From NCBI GenBank assembly GCA_021498095.1, contig JAIZWK010000001.1, forward strand, positions 180,001 to 212,000: a stretch of 32,000 nt of DNA, in the 5' to 3' direction. Source of the DNA: Candidatus Harpocratesius repetitus. GTDB lineage: Archaea > Asgardarchaeota > Lokiarchaeia > Sigyniarchaeales > Promethearchaeaceae. The notes under the pieces were generated by a model. That model made no database searches, had not been told where the DNA came from, and worked only from the letters and a program-made list of their open reading frames with translations. Positions within the stretch are counted from its first letter, which is position 1; the number at the start of each line of letters is the position of its first letter. Of this stretch, positions 1 to 8,624 are shown piece by piece. A program made the translations under genes and the position numbers.

Positions 1-2
1 AA

Positions 3-278
3 CCAATAGTAGATCGCTTGATTTTAAGATTATTTCGGAAGCGGATATTGCAGAAGAAGCACTTTACAGATGAAGGCGATGAATTTGGAATGCGTTTTAC
101 GAAATCTGGAATGGAGATCTTTCTTCGTGAGTTTTATTATTTAGTTCGGAAACAGGGCGAATATATAAAGGGTACATTCATAACTTATCAAAATTTGATG
201 TTAAACCAAGCGCGAATGATGGTTCGTTATTTTTTGGGTAAAGTAAAATCGTATAAGCCATTTTTAATGAAATGGTAA
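3..278 (+). CDS. cas1: CRISPR-associated integrase Cas1, C-terminal part (5' end outside window)
   Basis: Frame is open from position 3 (PIVDRLILRLFRK...), resembling the Cas1 'P.VDR.V' region. It ends in YKPFLMKW, a typical Cas1 'Y.PF' terminus, and lies directly upstream of cas2 and cas4. Confidence 0.88.
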   Translation, partial: PIVDRLILRLFRKRILQKKHFTDEGDEFGMRFTKSGMEIFLREFYYLVRKQGEYIKGTFITYQNLMLNQARMMVRYFLGKVKSYKPFLMKW

Positions 279-314
279 AAGTGCGTTGAATTTTCCAAAA
301 AAGAGAAGAAAGTC

Positions 315-382
315 AAAAAGCAAAGAAGGAAAAAAAGAGAAGAAGGTTAAAAAGCAAAAAAGGAAAAAAAGAGAAGAAGGAT
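315..382. repeat. 34-bp purine-rich tandem repeat (2 full copies plus partial flanks) between cas1 and cas2
   Basis: AAAAAGCAAAGAAGGAAAAAAAGAGAAGAAGGTT (315-348) and AAAAAGCAAAAAAGGAAAAAAAGAGAAGAAGGAT (349-382) differ at 2 positions. A partial copy lies at ~297-314. Confidence 0.85.
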
Positions 383-413
383 AAAAAGAGAACCTAATCG
401 AAGTGCTTAAAAT

Positions 414-2171
414 ATGAATTACTTAGTTACTTTTGATATTCCCGTGGAGAATACTCGATTGCGAACAAAATTGGGGGAGAAATGCATGGATTACGGACTT
501 TTTCGCATTCAATTATCTGTTTTTTGGGGGAGTTTAGAGAAAGCCGCTTTACAGGATTTAATGTTTGAATGTGAAGAGTTAATTGATAATTCACCTGCAG
601 ATATAAGGTTTTTTGCCGTTTGTGATCAATGTTTAGAGAAGTCGTATGTGATAGCGAATAATTCTCAAATTCGAACTTTGCAAGCAAAAAAGTTAAGCGA
701 GAATATAAAACTGACAACACTTTCGCACATTGATGTTGGATGGATAGAGAAATCTAAAGATTCACAGAAAAAGAAGAAATCGAAAAAGAAAAAATCGAAA
801 AAGAAAGAGAGTTCAGAAAATCAAGAAAATATAGTCAATCAAGAAAGCGTTGTCAATCAAGAAAGTGCAATTAATCAAAAATCAGATAAAAAAGTAGAAA
901 TCAGAGAAACGACAATAAATGGAACAGAAAAAGCGATAAATGAAACAGAAAAAGCAATAATTGAAGGATTAACGAAAGAACAGAGCAAAATAGCAAAAGT
1001 AACAGCCAAACCCGAGCCATTAATGAAGGAAAAGAAAAGAGGGAAATTGGATAATGGAATAGAAAAAAACGTTTTAGAATTATTCGATTTATCAGATGAT
1101 AAAGTTTGGAAGCAGTTTCAGTCAGAATTTTTAGAGCCTTCAATGATAGATGAGAATGAATTAAAACAAGGCGATAATTTAAAGAAATCAACTGATATAG
1201 AAAAGTTACGAGAGATAGAAAAAATAAATGGAAAAATTCATGAAATAAAAAAAGAAAAAGAAGAAATTCATAAAACAGGAAAGGAAAGAGAGAAAATACA
1301 TAAAACAGGAAAGGAAAGAGAGAAAATACAGAATATAGAAAAAGAAAGAGAAAATATACATGAGAAAGGAAGCGAAAGATTTGATGACACAGACTCAATT
1401 GAAGGAGGAATAAAGGAAGAAAAGAGAGATAATATCAACAACGATATTCTAAACAATGCGCTTAGTACTTTTTTGAGAGAGAGCCTTCAAGATGCAATTA
1501 AATTTTGTATTTTTTCTGAAAGTCAGTTTGATTATGAACAAACACATAAACCTGAAATTTCAAAAGAAATGTTATTAGAAAAACAAAAAGAGAAGTTAAG
1601 ACAAGATAAAAAGGAAGATTCAAGAGATTTATCAGAACCAGCAGATACACAACAAACACAACAAACACAACATACACAACATACACAACAATTAAAAGAC
1701 ATATCAGGCACCAAAATAGAAAAAGAAAAGGAAAACGATATAGAGCAGAATAGTATTAGTGAAAACAAAAGGGAAAGCTTTTTAGAAGAGTCAGATTTAG
1801 GAAGGATCCTTAGTTTAGGAGATGATTTGCAGCAGAAAGAATCAGTTCCGTTTTTTATGACGAAAGAATTAATGAAATGGTTGCAAACTGGAGAAGGAAA
1901 TGAATTAGTTGATGAATCGGAATCATTTCCCATAATTGAGAAAGATTTTATTGAGAAAGTTTTGTCTGAATCTGAAAAATATGTGCAAATGGACAAGAAT
2001 GATGATGAAATAGATAATATAGGAGATGTAAATGGGGAAAATCCGAAAGATTTGAGTGAAACATTTGTAACACTAAAAGATATCATGAAAAATATATCTT
2101 TGTTAGAAAAAAAGAGCGGACAAAAGCCGAAATATCATGGATTTGTTGATATTGATGTACTTCTTGTTTAA
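414..2171 (+). CDS. cas2: Cas2 with ~490-aa low-complexity, repeat-containing insertion/extension
   Basis: The N-terminal ~85 aa are a classic Cas2 (YLVTFDI...RLRTKL...C.DYGLFRIQLSVFWG...IRFFAVCDQC). The rest is K/E/N/Q-rich with tandem peptide repeats and ends in HGFVDIDVLLV. The gene sits between cas1 and cas4. Confidence 0.9.
   Translation: MNYLVTFDIPVENTRLRTKLGEKCMDYGLFRIQLSVFWGSLEKAALQDLMFECEELIDNSPADIRFFAVCDQCLEKSYVIANNSQIRTLQAKKLSENIKLTTLSHIDVGWIEKSKDSQKKKKSKKKKSKKKESSENQENIVNQESVVNQESAINQKSDKKVEIRETTINGTEKAINETEKAIIEGLTKEQSKIAKVTAKPEPLMKEKKRGKLDNGIEKNVLELFDLSDDKVWKQFQSEFLEPSMIDENELKQGDNLKKSTDIEKLREIEKINGKIHEIKKEKEEIHKTGKEREKIHKTGKEREKIQNIEKERENIHEKGSERFDDTDSIEGGIKEEKRDNINNDILNNALSTFLRESLQDAIKFCIFSESQFDYEQTHKPEISKEMLLEKQKEKLRQDKKEDSRDLSEPADTQQTQQTQHTQHTQQLKDISGTKIEKEKENDIEQNSISENKRESFLEESDLGRILSLGDDLQQKESVPFFMTKELMKWLQTGEGNELVDESESFPIIEKDFIEKVLSESEKYVQMDKNDDEIDNIGDVNGENPKDLSETFVTLKDIMKNISLLEKKSGQKPKYHGFVDIDVLLV
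768..956 (+). repeat. In-frame tandem repeats in cas2: 15-bp (KKKKS) at 768-806, 18-bp (NQE-x-x-x) at 819-880, 21-bp (IN(G/E)TEKA) at 915-956
   Basis: Read directly from the sequence; all unit lengths are multiples of 3 and in frame with cas2. Confidence 0.85.
1251..1370 (+). repeat. 30-bp in-frame tandem repeat x4 in cas2 (KEKEEIHKTG/KEREKIHKTG/KEREKIQNIE/KERENIHEKG)
   Basis: Units at 1251, 1281, 1311 and 1341; a weaker unit at 1221. Confidence 0.9.
1647..1691 (+). repeat. 9-bp in-frame tandem repeat x5 in cas2 (TQQ TQQ TQH TQH TQQ)
   Basis: ACACAACA(A/T) occurs five times in tandem. Confidence 0.95.
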
Positions 2172-2251
2172 TGTGAAAAACATTTGAGAAAATTGAAATT
2201 AACTTAAGGGAGATAAAAAATAAAATTAAAAGAAACAAAGTTAAGGAAGGA

Positions 2252-2303
2252 AAAAACACAAAAAGAAGAAATTTAAGAAAAACACAAAAAGAAGAAAGTT
2301 AAG
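2252..2303. repeat. 26-bp purine-rich tandem repeat x2 between cas2 and cas4
   Basis: AAAAACACAAAAAGAAGAAATTTAAG and AAAAACACAAAAAGAAGAAAGTTAAG differ at 1 position. Confidence 0.85.
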
Positions 2304-2348
2304 GAAAATGTGCACTAAATTGAGCAAAATAAAAATAAAACCAATAAA

Positions 2349-3044
2349 GTGAAAAAAATGGATGTTTATATGGAAAATTGGTATGGATCAGAAAATTCCA
2401 GCTCAGATAATTGGCTTTTTTCAGCAGAAGAACTTCGACAGTATATTTACTGTCCTCGGATACCATTTCTCAGGCATGTTCGGAAAATAAAACCAAATTC
2501 AACAGCTTCAATGCGTCGTGGAACCAAATTTCATCAAGACATTGTACGAAAACGAAGAAAGTTACAGAAATGGCTCCTAATTAATGATAAACATAAATTT
2601 AATAGTATACCACCTCAATACTATTTTAATCTCTATTTTGAATCGCCCACACTTCATTTACTTGCTTATCTTGATGTTGTAGAGAAGAATCCAAATACAG
2701 ATGAGTTATATCCTGTTGAAATCAAAACAACTTCAAATTTTCCGATATCCAGGGATAAAATCATTGAACATCATCTTATCCAATTGACAGTGCAAAGTTT
2801 GCTATTGGAAGAACATTTTAAGACATTTATTTCTCGAGCAAAAATAATATATGTAAGTAATGAGCTAAATCACACCCACTCTTTATCATTATGGCAGGAA
2901 ATCAGTATCGATATGAAAGAGACAGTATTGAAAACCGTTGCTGATATGCACAGAGAAATATCATCAGAAATTTTACCAAGGCCAACAAAAATAAAAAATC
3001 GGTGTAAAGTATGCGAATATTGGACAATTTGCAGGTCGGTATGA
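2349..3044 (+). CDS. cas4: CRISPR-associated exonuclease Cas4
   Basis: N-terminal 'QYIYCPR' Cys, 'M.RG..FH', RecB-like 'YLDVVE...PVEIK' and 'QL..Q' motifs, and C-terminal C..C.Y...C cluster (RCKVCEYWTIC). The start codon is uncertain. Confidence 0.92.
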   Translation: MKKMDVYMENWYGSENSSSDNWLFSAEELRQYIYCPRIPFLRHVRKIKPNSTASMRRGTKFHQDIVRKRRKLQKWLLINDKHKFNSIPPQYYFNLYFESPTLHLLAYLDVVEKNPNTDELYPVEIKTTSNFPISRDKIIEHHLIQLTVQSLLLEEHFKTFISRAKIIYVSNELNHTHSLSLWQEISIDMKETVLKTVADMHREISSEILPRPTKIKNRCKVCEYWTICRSV

Positions 3045-3363
3045 AAATTTGAGAAAAAGCAACACAATTATGAAATAGAATGGAGAATAGCGCAGATGAA
3101 TTATATTTTTGAGCACACAAGCAGGAACAGAAGAGAAATAAGAAGAAGAAGAAGCAAAAAGGGGAGAGAATAATGGAGAAGATAATAGGAACCACTAATT
3201 TAAAAGAAATTTGTGAATAAAAATCAATGAAGAAACTGTAGCAATGAAAAAAAATAACAATAAATAACAATAGAACAGAAATAATAAAAAAAGCAACTAA
3301 ACAGGAAAAATGAAGGCCAGTAACAAAATTGGATATAATAAAACCTATTTGGTTTAAATATAA

Positions 3364-5682
3364 ATGAAATTACTAATGATTTTAACAAAAAAGAAGCGAA
3401 AAATTATGAATATGATTGAAGCGCAAATTAGATTTAATAAAAAGGAAAAGCATCAAATTAATAATGGCGAAAACTGGAAAACTTCTGAAAATAATGCAAT
3501 TTTTATAGGAGCTCATAAAAAAAAGATAATTATTTTTGGTAATACTAATAAAAGCTTTGGAATTCGCATAGATTGGACAATAAAAATATATAATGCAGCA
3601 TCAATCGAAGACTATAATCCATTAAATCCAATGATGATACATGGAAAATTGCAGACTCAAGACTTAATTAAATCATATATTCATGATTTTCAAGTACAAT
3701 GGCAGAAGTTCTACCCAATTGACAAATTCAGCATATTTTCTAATTTCGATGAAAATTTAAAAAATAAAAACCAAAAGAAATCAGCTTTATCAAAACAAGT
3801 AAAAAATATTACAGAAAAGATGAATATTGAGATTTTTAAAAATAGAGAGAATCAAAATAATCAAGAAAATCATAATATTCAAGCGAATGATAATAATCAA
3901 GCGAATCAAATGATTCAAAAAGAACGCACATTCATAAAAACTCATGAAAATACTACACAAACATGGGATGAATTAAAATCTCGATTGCAACAAACATTTA
4001 CTCCTGAAAAATTTGGAATTGATTTTATCTCCCACGGCCATGCAGACCATTCACCATTGTCAACTAATTTACCTGAAACACTAATTTTCAATCCGATTAC
4101 AAATGATATCGAGAAAATTCGTTTCTTTCCGCTTCCTATATTAACAACCAGACAAAATTTGAAAATATTAGAGAATCGATTTAGTTGTAAATTAATATCA
4201 TTTATAGATTGGTATAAAAATGAATTGGATATTATTGATGATAAAGAATTGAAATCAAGGGAGATGAATAGCAAAACAGATAAGAAAGAGAACAAATCAA
4301 GTAAGAGAGAAAGCAAAGGAAATAAGAAAATCAACAAACAAGATAAAAACGTCAGAAAATCCCTGAACAAAAATAATATATTTTCTATCATAAATTGGAC
4401 AGAGTTTGAAAAAAAGCAGTTATTTGATTATTTTCGCAAGCTTAGACAGGAATATTCAAAATTTTTTAAAGAAAAAATGAAAGAATACATTCAAATTCAA
4501 TCTTACTCTGATGGTTATGATGATATTTCTAAAGAAAAAATAGATAACAGTGCAGATGATATAACAGATACAAGTGATATAACTCAAATTTTGTTCAAAT
4601 ATCCTAATGGTAATAGAAGATGGCTTTTTATTTTTGAAGATATAGAAAATTGGCTTGAAAATGAGAATTATTTCTATCCTATCATCATTCAAAACTATGT
4701 AATTTGGTTAATTCCTTCAGGTCATGTAATCGGTTCAGCGGGTTTATGTATTTGTAGAAAAGAAGCAATTTTTCAAGAAATATTAAAGAATCACACAAAA
4801 TCTAATAGATTTCAAACCATTTGTGATGTTCTATATATGGGAGAATTTATTCCATATTTTCGAGGTCATTGTCTTATTCCGCCACCAATTAGAGCAGCGA
4901 ATATAATAATTGATGCATTGTATGGAGATCCGCATCAAATATTCAATCTTTTTGATTCGGAAGTGCAACATCTAAAAACTTGGATAAATTCAGTTTTTAA
5001 AAAGGATAATTTGGGGAATATTGTTTTTTTTTGTAGAGAACTTGGTAAACCCCAATTCTTACTACAAATTTTGTGGGAATATATTCATGAAAATTGTAAT
5101 GAAAATTGTAAAAACACTGACAATACTCAAAATATTAAACAGACACAACAAGAATTAATTACTCAAACTCAGTCATTAACGCAAACTGAGAATTCGATAG
5201 AAAGTAATCAGAAAGCAGTAAAAAATAATCACTACATCCCACTATTGATCATGCCAAGTTCTTTTTTCAATCTACAACAGGTTATTCTTTCGGATAATTT
5301 ATTTCAAACGCTGAAAAATAAGGAGATCTTAATAACAAAAACGATAGCAAATCAAGGGAAAAAAAAGGATAACAGGCATTTTATAATGTTAGAATTACCA
5401 CGCCAAAGATATTCAAATGCATTCAAAAATTTTCTGGTAAAATACAAGTCAAAAATAGCAGAAATTTCCGGATGGTGCAGCCAATTAAATTATCGAGAGA
5501 AACATCCAGCTGATGAATATTTTGAAATTTCAGATCATGGAAATATAATAGAAATGACTGAATGCTTAAAACAAAATGAAATTAACAAAGTTTGGATAAT
5601 CAATAATTTGTCAAATTTACCCTTGAAATATTTACGAGAGCATGATATACAATGTGGTATACTATCAACGATTAAATTATGA
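3364..5682 (+). CDS. Metallo-beta-lactamase/beta-CASP family nuclease (COG1236/ligase-associated exonuclease-like) with large insertions
   Basis: Motifs appear in the expected order: SHGHADH, PSGHVIGSA, LYMGEF (normally TGD), IIDALYGDP, ELGKPQ (cf. YALGKAQ), ISGW, ISDHGN. N/Q/K-rich inserts lie between them. Confidence 0.8.
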   Translation: MKLLMILTKKKRKIMNMIEAQIRFNKKEKHQINNGENWKTSENNAIFIGAHKKKIIIFGNTNKSFGIRIDWTIKIYNAASIEDYNPLNPMMIHGKLQTQDLIKSYIHDFQVQWQKFYPIDKFSIFSNFDENLKNKNQKKSALSKQVKNITEKMNIEIFKNRENQNNQENHNIQANDNNQANQMIQKERTFIKTHENTTQTWDELKSRLQQTFTPEKFGIDFISHGHADHSPLSTNLPETLIFNPITNDIEKIRFFPLPILTTRQNLKILENRFSCKLISFIDWYKNELDIIDDKELKSREMNSKTDKKENKSSKRESKGNKKINKQDKNVRKSLNKNNIFSIINWTEFEKKQLFDYFRKLRQEYSKFFKEKMKEYIQIQSYSDGYDDISKEKIDNSADDITDTSDITQILFKYPNGNRRWLFIFEDIENWLENENYFYPIIIQNYVIWLIPSGHVIGSAGLCICRKEAIFQEILKNHTKSNRFQTICDVLYMGEFIPYFRGHCLIPPPIRAANIIIDALYGDPHQIFNLFDSEVQHLKTWINSVFKKDNLGNIVFFCRELGKPQFLLQILWEYIHENCNENCKNTDNTQNIKQTQQELITQTQSLTQTENSIESNQKAVKNNHYIPLLIMPSSFFNLQQVILSDNLFQTLKNKEILITKTIANQGKKKDNRHFIMLELPRQRYSNAFKNFLVKYKSKIAEISGWCSQLNYREKHPADEYFEISDHGNIIEMTECLKQNEINKVWIINNLSNLPLKYLREHDIQCGILSTIKL

Positions 5683-5773
5683 TATTTTTAATTAATTAGT
5701 TTAGAAAGTAAAATAAAAAGTAAAACAAATAGTAAACCATTATATTCAAAAAATATATAATTTATTTAGAAAA

Positions 5774-6001
5774 ATGTTAACAAGCAAAATTAGTAAAAAA
5801 GGGCAGATTGTAATTCCTCGCCAAATCCGAGAAAAATTAAATATTAAAGCAGGGGATGTGCTTCATTTTTATCAAGTTGGAAACCGTATTTATATCGAGA
5901 AAGATAAAAGTGATTCATTACCTAGAATGGTTGAAATATTGAAACGCGGAAAACCGTTTGCACCAAGATTGATTAAAAATTTGCGAGATGAATGGAATTG
6001 A
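5774..6001 (+). CDS. vapB: AbrB/MazE/SpoVT-type antitoxin (VapB-like)
   Basis: SKISKKGQIVIPRQIREKLNIKAGD is a swapped-hairpin signature; the gene overlaps the downstream PIN gene by 10 bp. Confidence 0.88.
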   Translation: MLTSKISKKGQIVIPRQIREKLNIKAGDVLHFYQVGNRIYIEKDKSDSLPRMVEILKRGKPFAPRLIKNLRDEWN

Positions 6002-6414
6002 AAATATGTATCGATTCGAATGTCTTTATATCAATTCACAACCAAGAGTCTAACCATACAGAATGCGAAAAAATTATTGATGCAATTGAAACTAACCAAC
6101 ATAAAGGGCTGGTTTCAGTAATTGTAATTTCAGAATTGTTGGTAGGATATTATCAAATTGGAGAAATGAGTGAATTAAATTTATTCCTGTCAAAGGCAAA
6201 GATGCTATATGAGTTAATTCCAATATCATTGAGTATTGCTCAAGAAGCTGCCGAATTACGGGCGCTATATCAGATCAAATTACCTGATGCGATTATTCTT
6301 GCTACAGCGAAGCTTTATAATGCAGATTACCTGATTTCTAATGATATTAAATTGATAAAGAGGCCATATTTTCCAATTATTACAGCAGAAGATTTTGTAT
6401 TGAAATTTCTTTAG
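5992..6414 (+). CDS. vapC: PIN-domain toxin (VapC-like)
   Basis: ICIDSNVFI, SEL, LPDAIILATA and LISND carry the acidic PIN motif residues. Confidence 0.9.
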   Translation: MELKICIDSNVFISIHNQESNHTECEKIIDAIETNQHKGLVSVIVISELLVGYYQIGEMSELNLFLSKAKMLYELIPISLSIAQEAAELRALYQIKLPDAIILATAKLYNADYLISNDIKLIKRPYFPIITAEDFVLKFL

Positions 6415-7232
6415 AAGAATTTGAGTGTTTTCAGAGTTTTGACTAAATATAGATAGCGTTAAAAAAAGGGAGCAAAATAGAAAGCTTTTTATTAATAAAA
6501 AAGAATTTCAATTCAATCATTTTTGAAAAAAGCATCAAAAGCGCGACCAGATGATGAAACCATTAAATTGTGGATCAAATTAACGAAGAGATATCCTAAA
6601 GAACGAAATTCTTTTTATCATAGAGATGAAAGAGAAAATATTATGGAATTTTTCTTTAGGTATTTAAAATAGATATATGTTTTTTTTTTCAATTCTTTAA
6701 GGGAATATTGAGCACTAAAACACTATATTTTTGATAGTGGAAAGAAATTTTTTAGTTTCAAGTATTTTCAGCTGTAATGAAAAGTATTAAATGAAAAAAA
6801 ATACAAATCTTGCTTTTTTTATTATAAAACAATCCTTTTACTCAAATATTTTTGTAAATCAGTATTGTAAAAATCTTTTTAAACTTTTGAATTATTTTTG
6901 TATTGATATAAGAGGTTCTAGCAACTTCTTTATTTTTGACAGAATTTCCATTTTAATCTTTCATTTTCCGACAATAATCAATTCTATCCAAGAATTATTT
7001 CAGTCGGCAAAAATGAACTTTAAAAAATATAATTACGGGTCGATTTTTGACTATTTTTAATCATATTATAGTTGAATTTGATAAAAAAAGTTCTAAATTT
7101 CTGATCGACAAATTTCAAATTTGGATGGAATGTTGGTAAATGCGTAGATTATGCAGGATTTTTATTTTTTTATTAATCTATCAAATGTTGATAAAGGCTC
7201 ATAAAAACTTTAAAAATATTAAAGGGAATTTC

Positions 7233-8332
7233 ATGTCTGAGCAGTTTGTATTTGAATATGAAAGTGATTGGGTAGAATATTTTAATAGCGTACTTAAAAA
7301 CGAAATTAGAGAAGAAATCGGCAATAAAAATTCAATAAAAGCGAGTATTATTGAATCAAACCAATCACTTGAAGAATTTCTAAAGAAACATCCAGAAATT
7401 AAACGGATTCCTTCAAAAGAATCATTTTTTCATAATTTGAGAATAAAAAATAATGAAAATGATTTTTATTTTTATTTGAATAATCAAAATGAAAGATTTT
7501 GGGTTATTCATAATATAGAAAATCAAAAAAAGATTGAAAATATTGTAAAAAATTTAACTACAAATACATATTTACAGGATAAAATCTATTTATCACAAAA
7601 AACCATGGAAACCCATAAAAAGAATTATTCTGCTGATTCTTTAGGATTAACGCTTAATTTTGAACAAAAATTCACTTTGAATAAAAATAATCCTGTGTTT
7701 ATTAATGGAATTGAAGAATTTGATGATATTGCCTTTACATTACAAATATGGCCAAAGCGTTCTGAATCGATAAATTACTTTTTAGATAAATTTAGAGAAA
7801 TTAAATGTCCGATTAATTACAAATCACTTAACTTTGTATTTAATGACAAAGATACCGATAATATTCTTATTAAAGAAGATCTATATTATGATGGCTCTTT
7901 TACAATCCATAGAGGCAAAGATTTACACCAACATTTGAAATTCTTACATGATATAAAGCAACAATATAATAAATCTATGGATGAAATTGAAGAAAAAAGA
8001 ATTGACTGGGATTTAATGAAAGGAGATCTATTTACAATAGAACTCGATAAAGAAATTAATCCGAAGAATTTTATTCAAGCAATCAATCAAACAAAAGAAT
8101 TCAAGATTAATGGATTTTATATGTGTATAAAGATAACGATTTTTATACTTTTTGTTGTATTGATCTTCATACTGGAGGAAAATTCTATCTTCAAGTCTCA
8201 CGTTCAAAGATATATGTCAATTTAGGAAAGGATTCTTGCGGCAATATTATTTTTCGATTATTTACAAATCTTCAAAGATATTTTTCAGTTTCAACAAGGC
8301 TATCCGTGGACGATATAGAAATGAATATATAA
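7233..8332 (+). pseudogene. Hypothetical protein (~365 aa if repaired) split by a frameshift near 8120
   Basis: The likely start is ATG 7233 (MSEQFVFEY...). At ATGTGTATAAAG the protein-like reading moves to the frame of ORF 8123..8332 (YKDNDFYTFCCIDLHTGGKFYLQV...CGNIIFRLFTNLQRYF). Removing one TG restores a single ORF. Confidence 0.65.
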
Positions 8333-8510
8333 TGAAAAGAGAAATTCATAAGGATAAATCAGAAAATTTCAAATATATAAAGCAATAAGAAAAACACACA
8401 ATTTGCTAAAACGAATGATTGAAATTAATGAAAAATTAGAAAAAGAAATTAAAAACAGGCAATTACAAAAAGAGATGACAGAGTTTGGAGTTGTCTTAAG
8501 AAAAAAGTAA
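8332..8510 (+). pseudogene. Small coiled-coil protein (~58 aa if repaired), frameshifted near 8375
   Basis: ATG overlaps the previous stop (TAATG). Removing one TA from AAATATATAAAGCA gives MKREIHKDKSENFKYKAIRKTHNLLKRMIEINEKLEKEIKNRQLQKEMTEFGVVLRKK*. Confidence 0.45.
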
Positions 8511-8624
8511 AACTGATTAGATTTAAGTTATTTTCATATTTGTTTCAACTCCTTTTTTATTATTCTTATCATCTTATTCATTTATTACTAAATATCAAAA
8601 CAATTAGTAAAGAATCTTTATCTC

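Noticed and set aside
1-3044. Casposon
   Set aside because: cas1 is followed by cas2 and cas4, and no family B polymerase or terminal inverted repeats were seen.
3042-3173. TGA readthrough of cas4 (42 further open codons) or genome-wide UGA recoding
   Set aside because: Cas4 ends normally after its last Cys, and the T-poor sequence explains the lack of stops. TGA is a plausible true stop for cas4, the nuclease and vapB.
427-4692. Minus-strand ORFs 427..720, 901..1398, 1268..1456, 1498..1686, 1532..2086, 2870..3067, 2902..3270, 3942..4391, 4456..4692
   Set aside because: These are F/L/S-rich antisense shadows of purine-rich plus-strand genes.
3364-5682. Calling the beta-CASP gene type VII Cas14
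   Set aside because: No cas5/cas7 is present in the window, the protein ends right after the last MBL motif with no extra C-terminal domain, and the motifs fit the COG1236/ligase-associated type better.
6523-7060. 49-aa TTG ORF (6523..6672) and 89-aa ORF (6791..7060)
   Set aside because: No recognisable motif or SD. They may be decayed gene remnants but cannot be supported as features.
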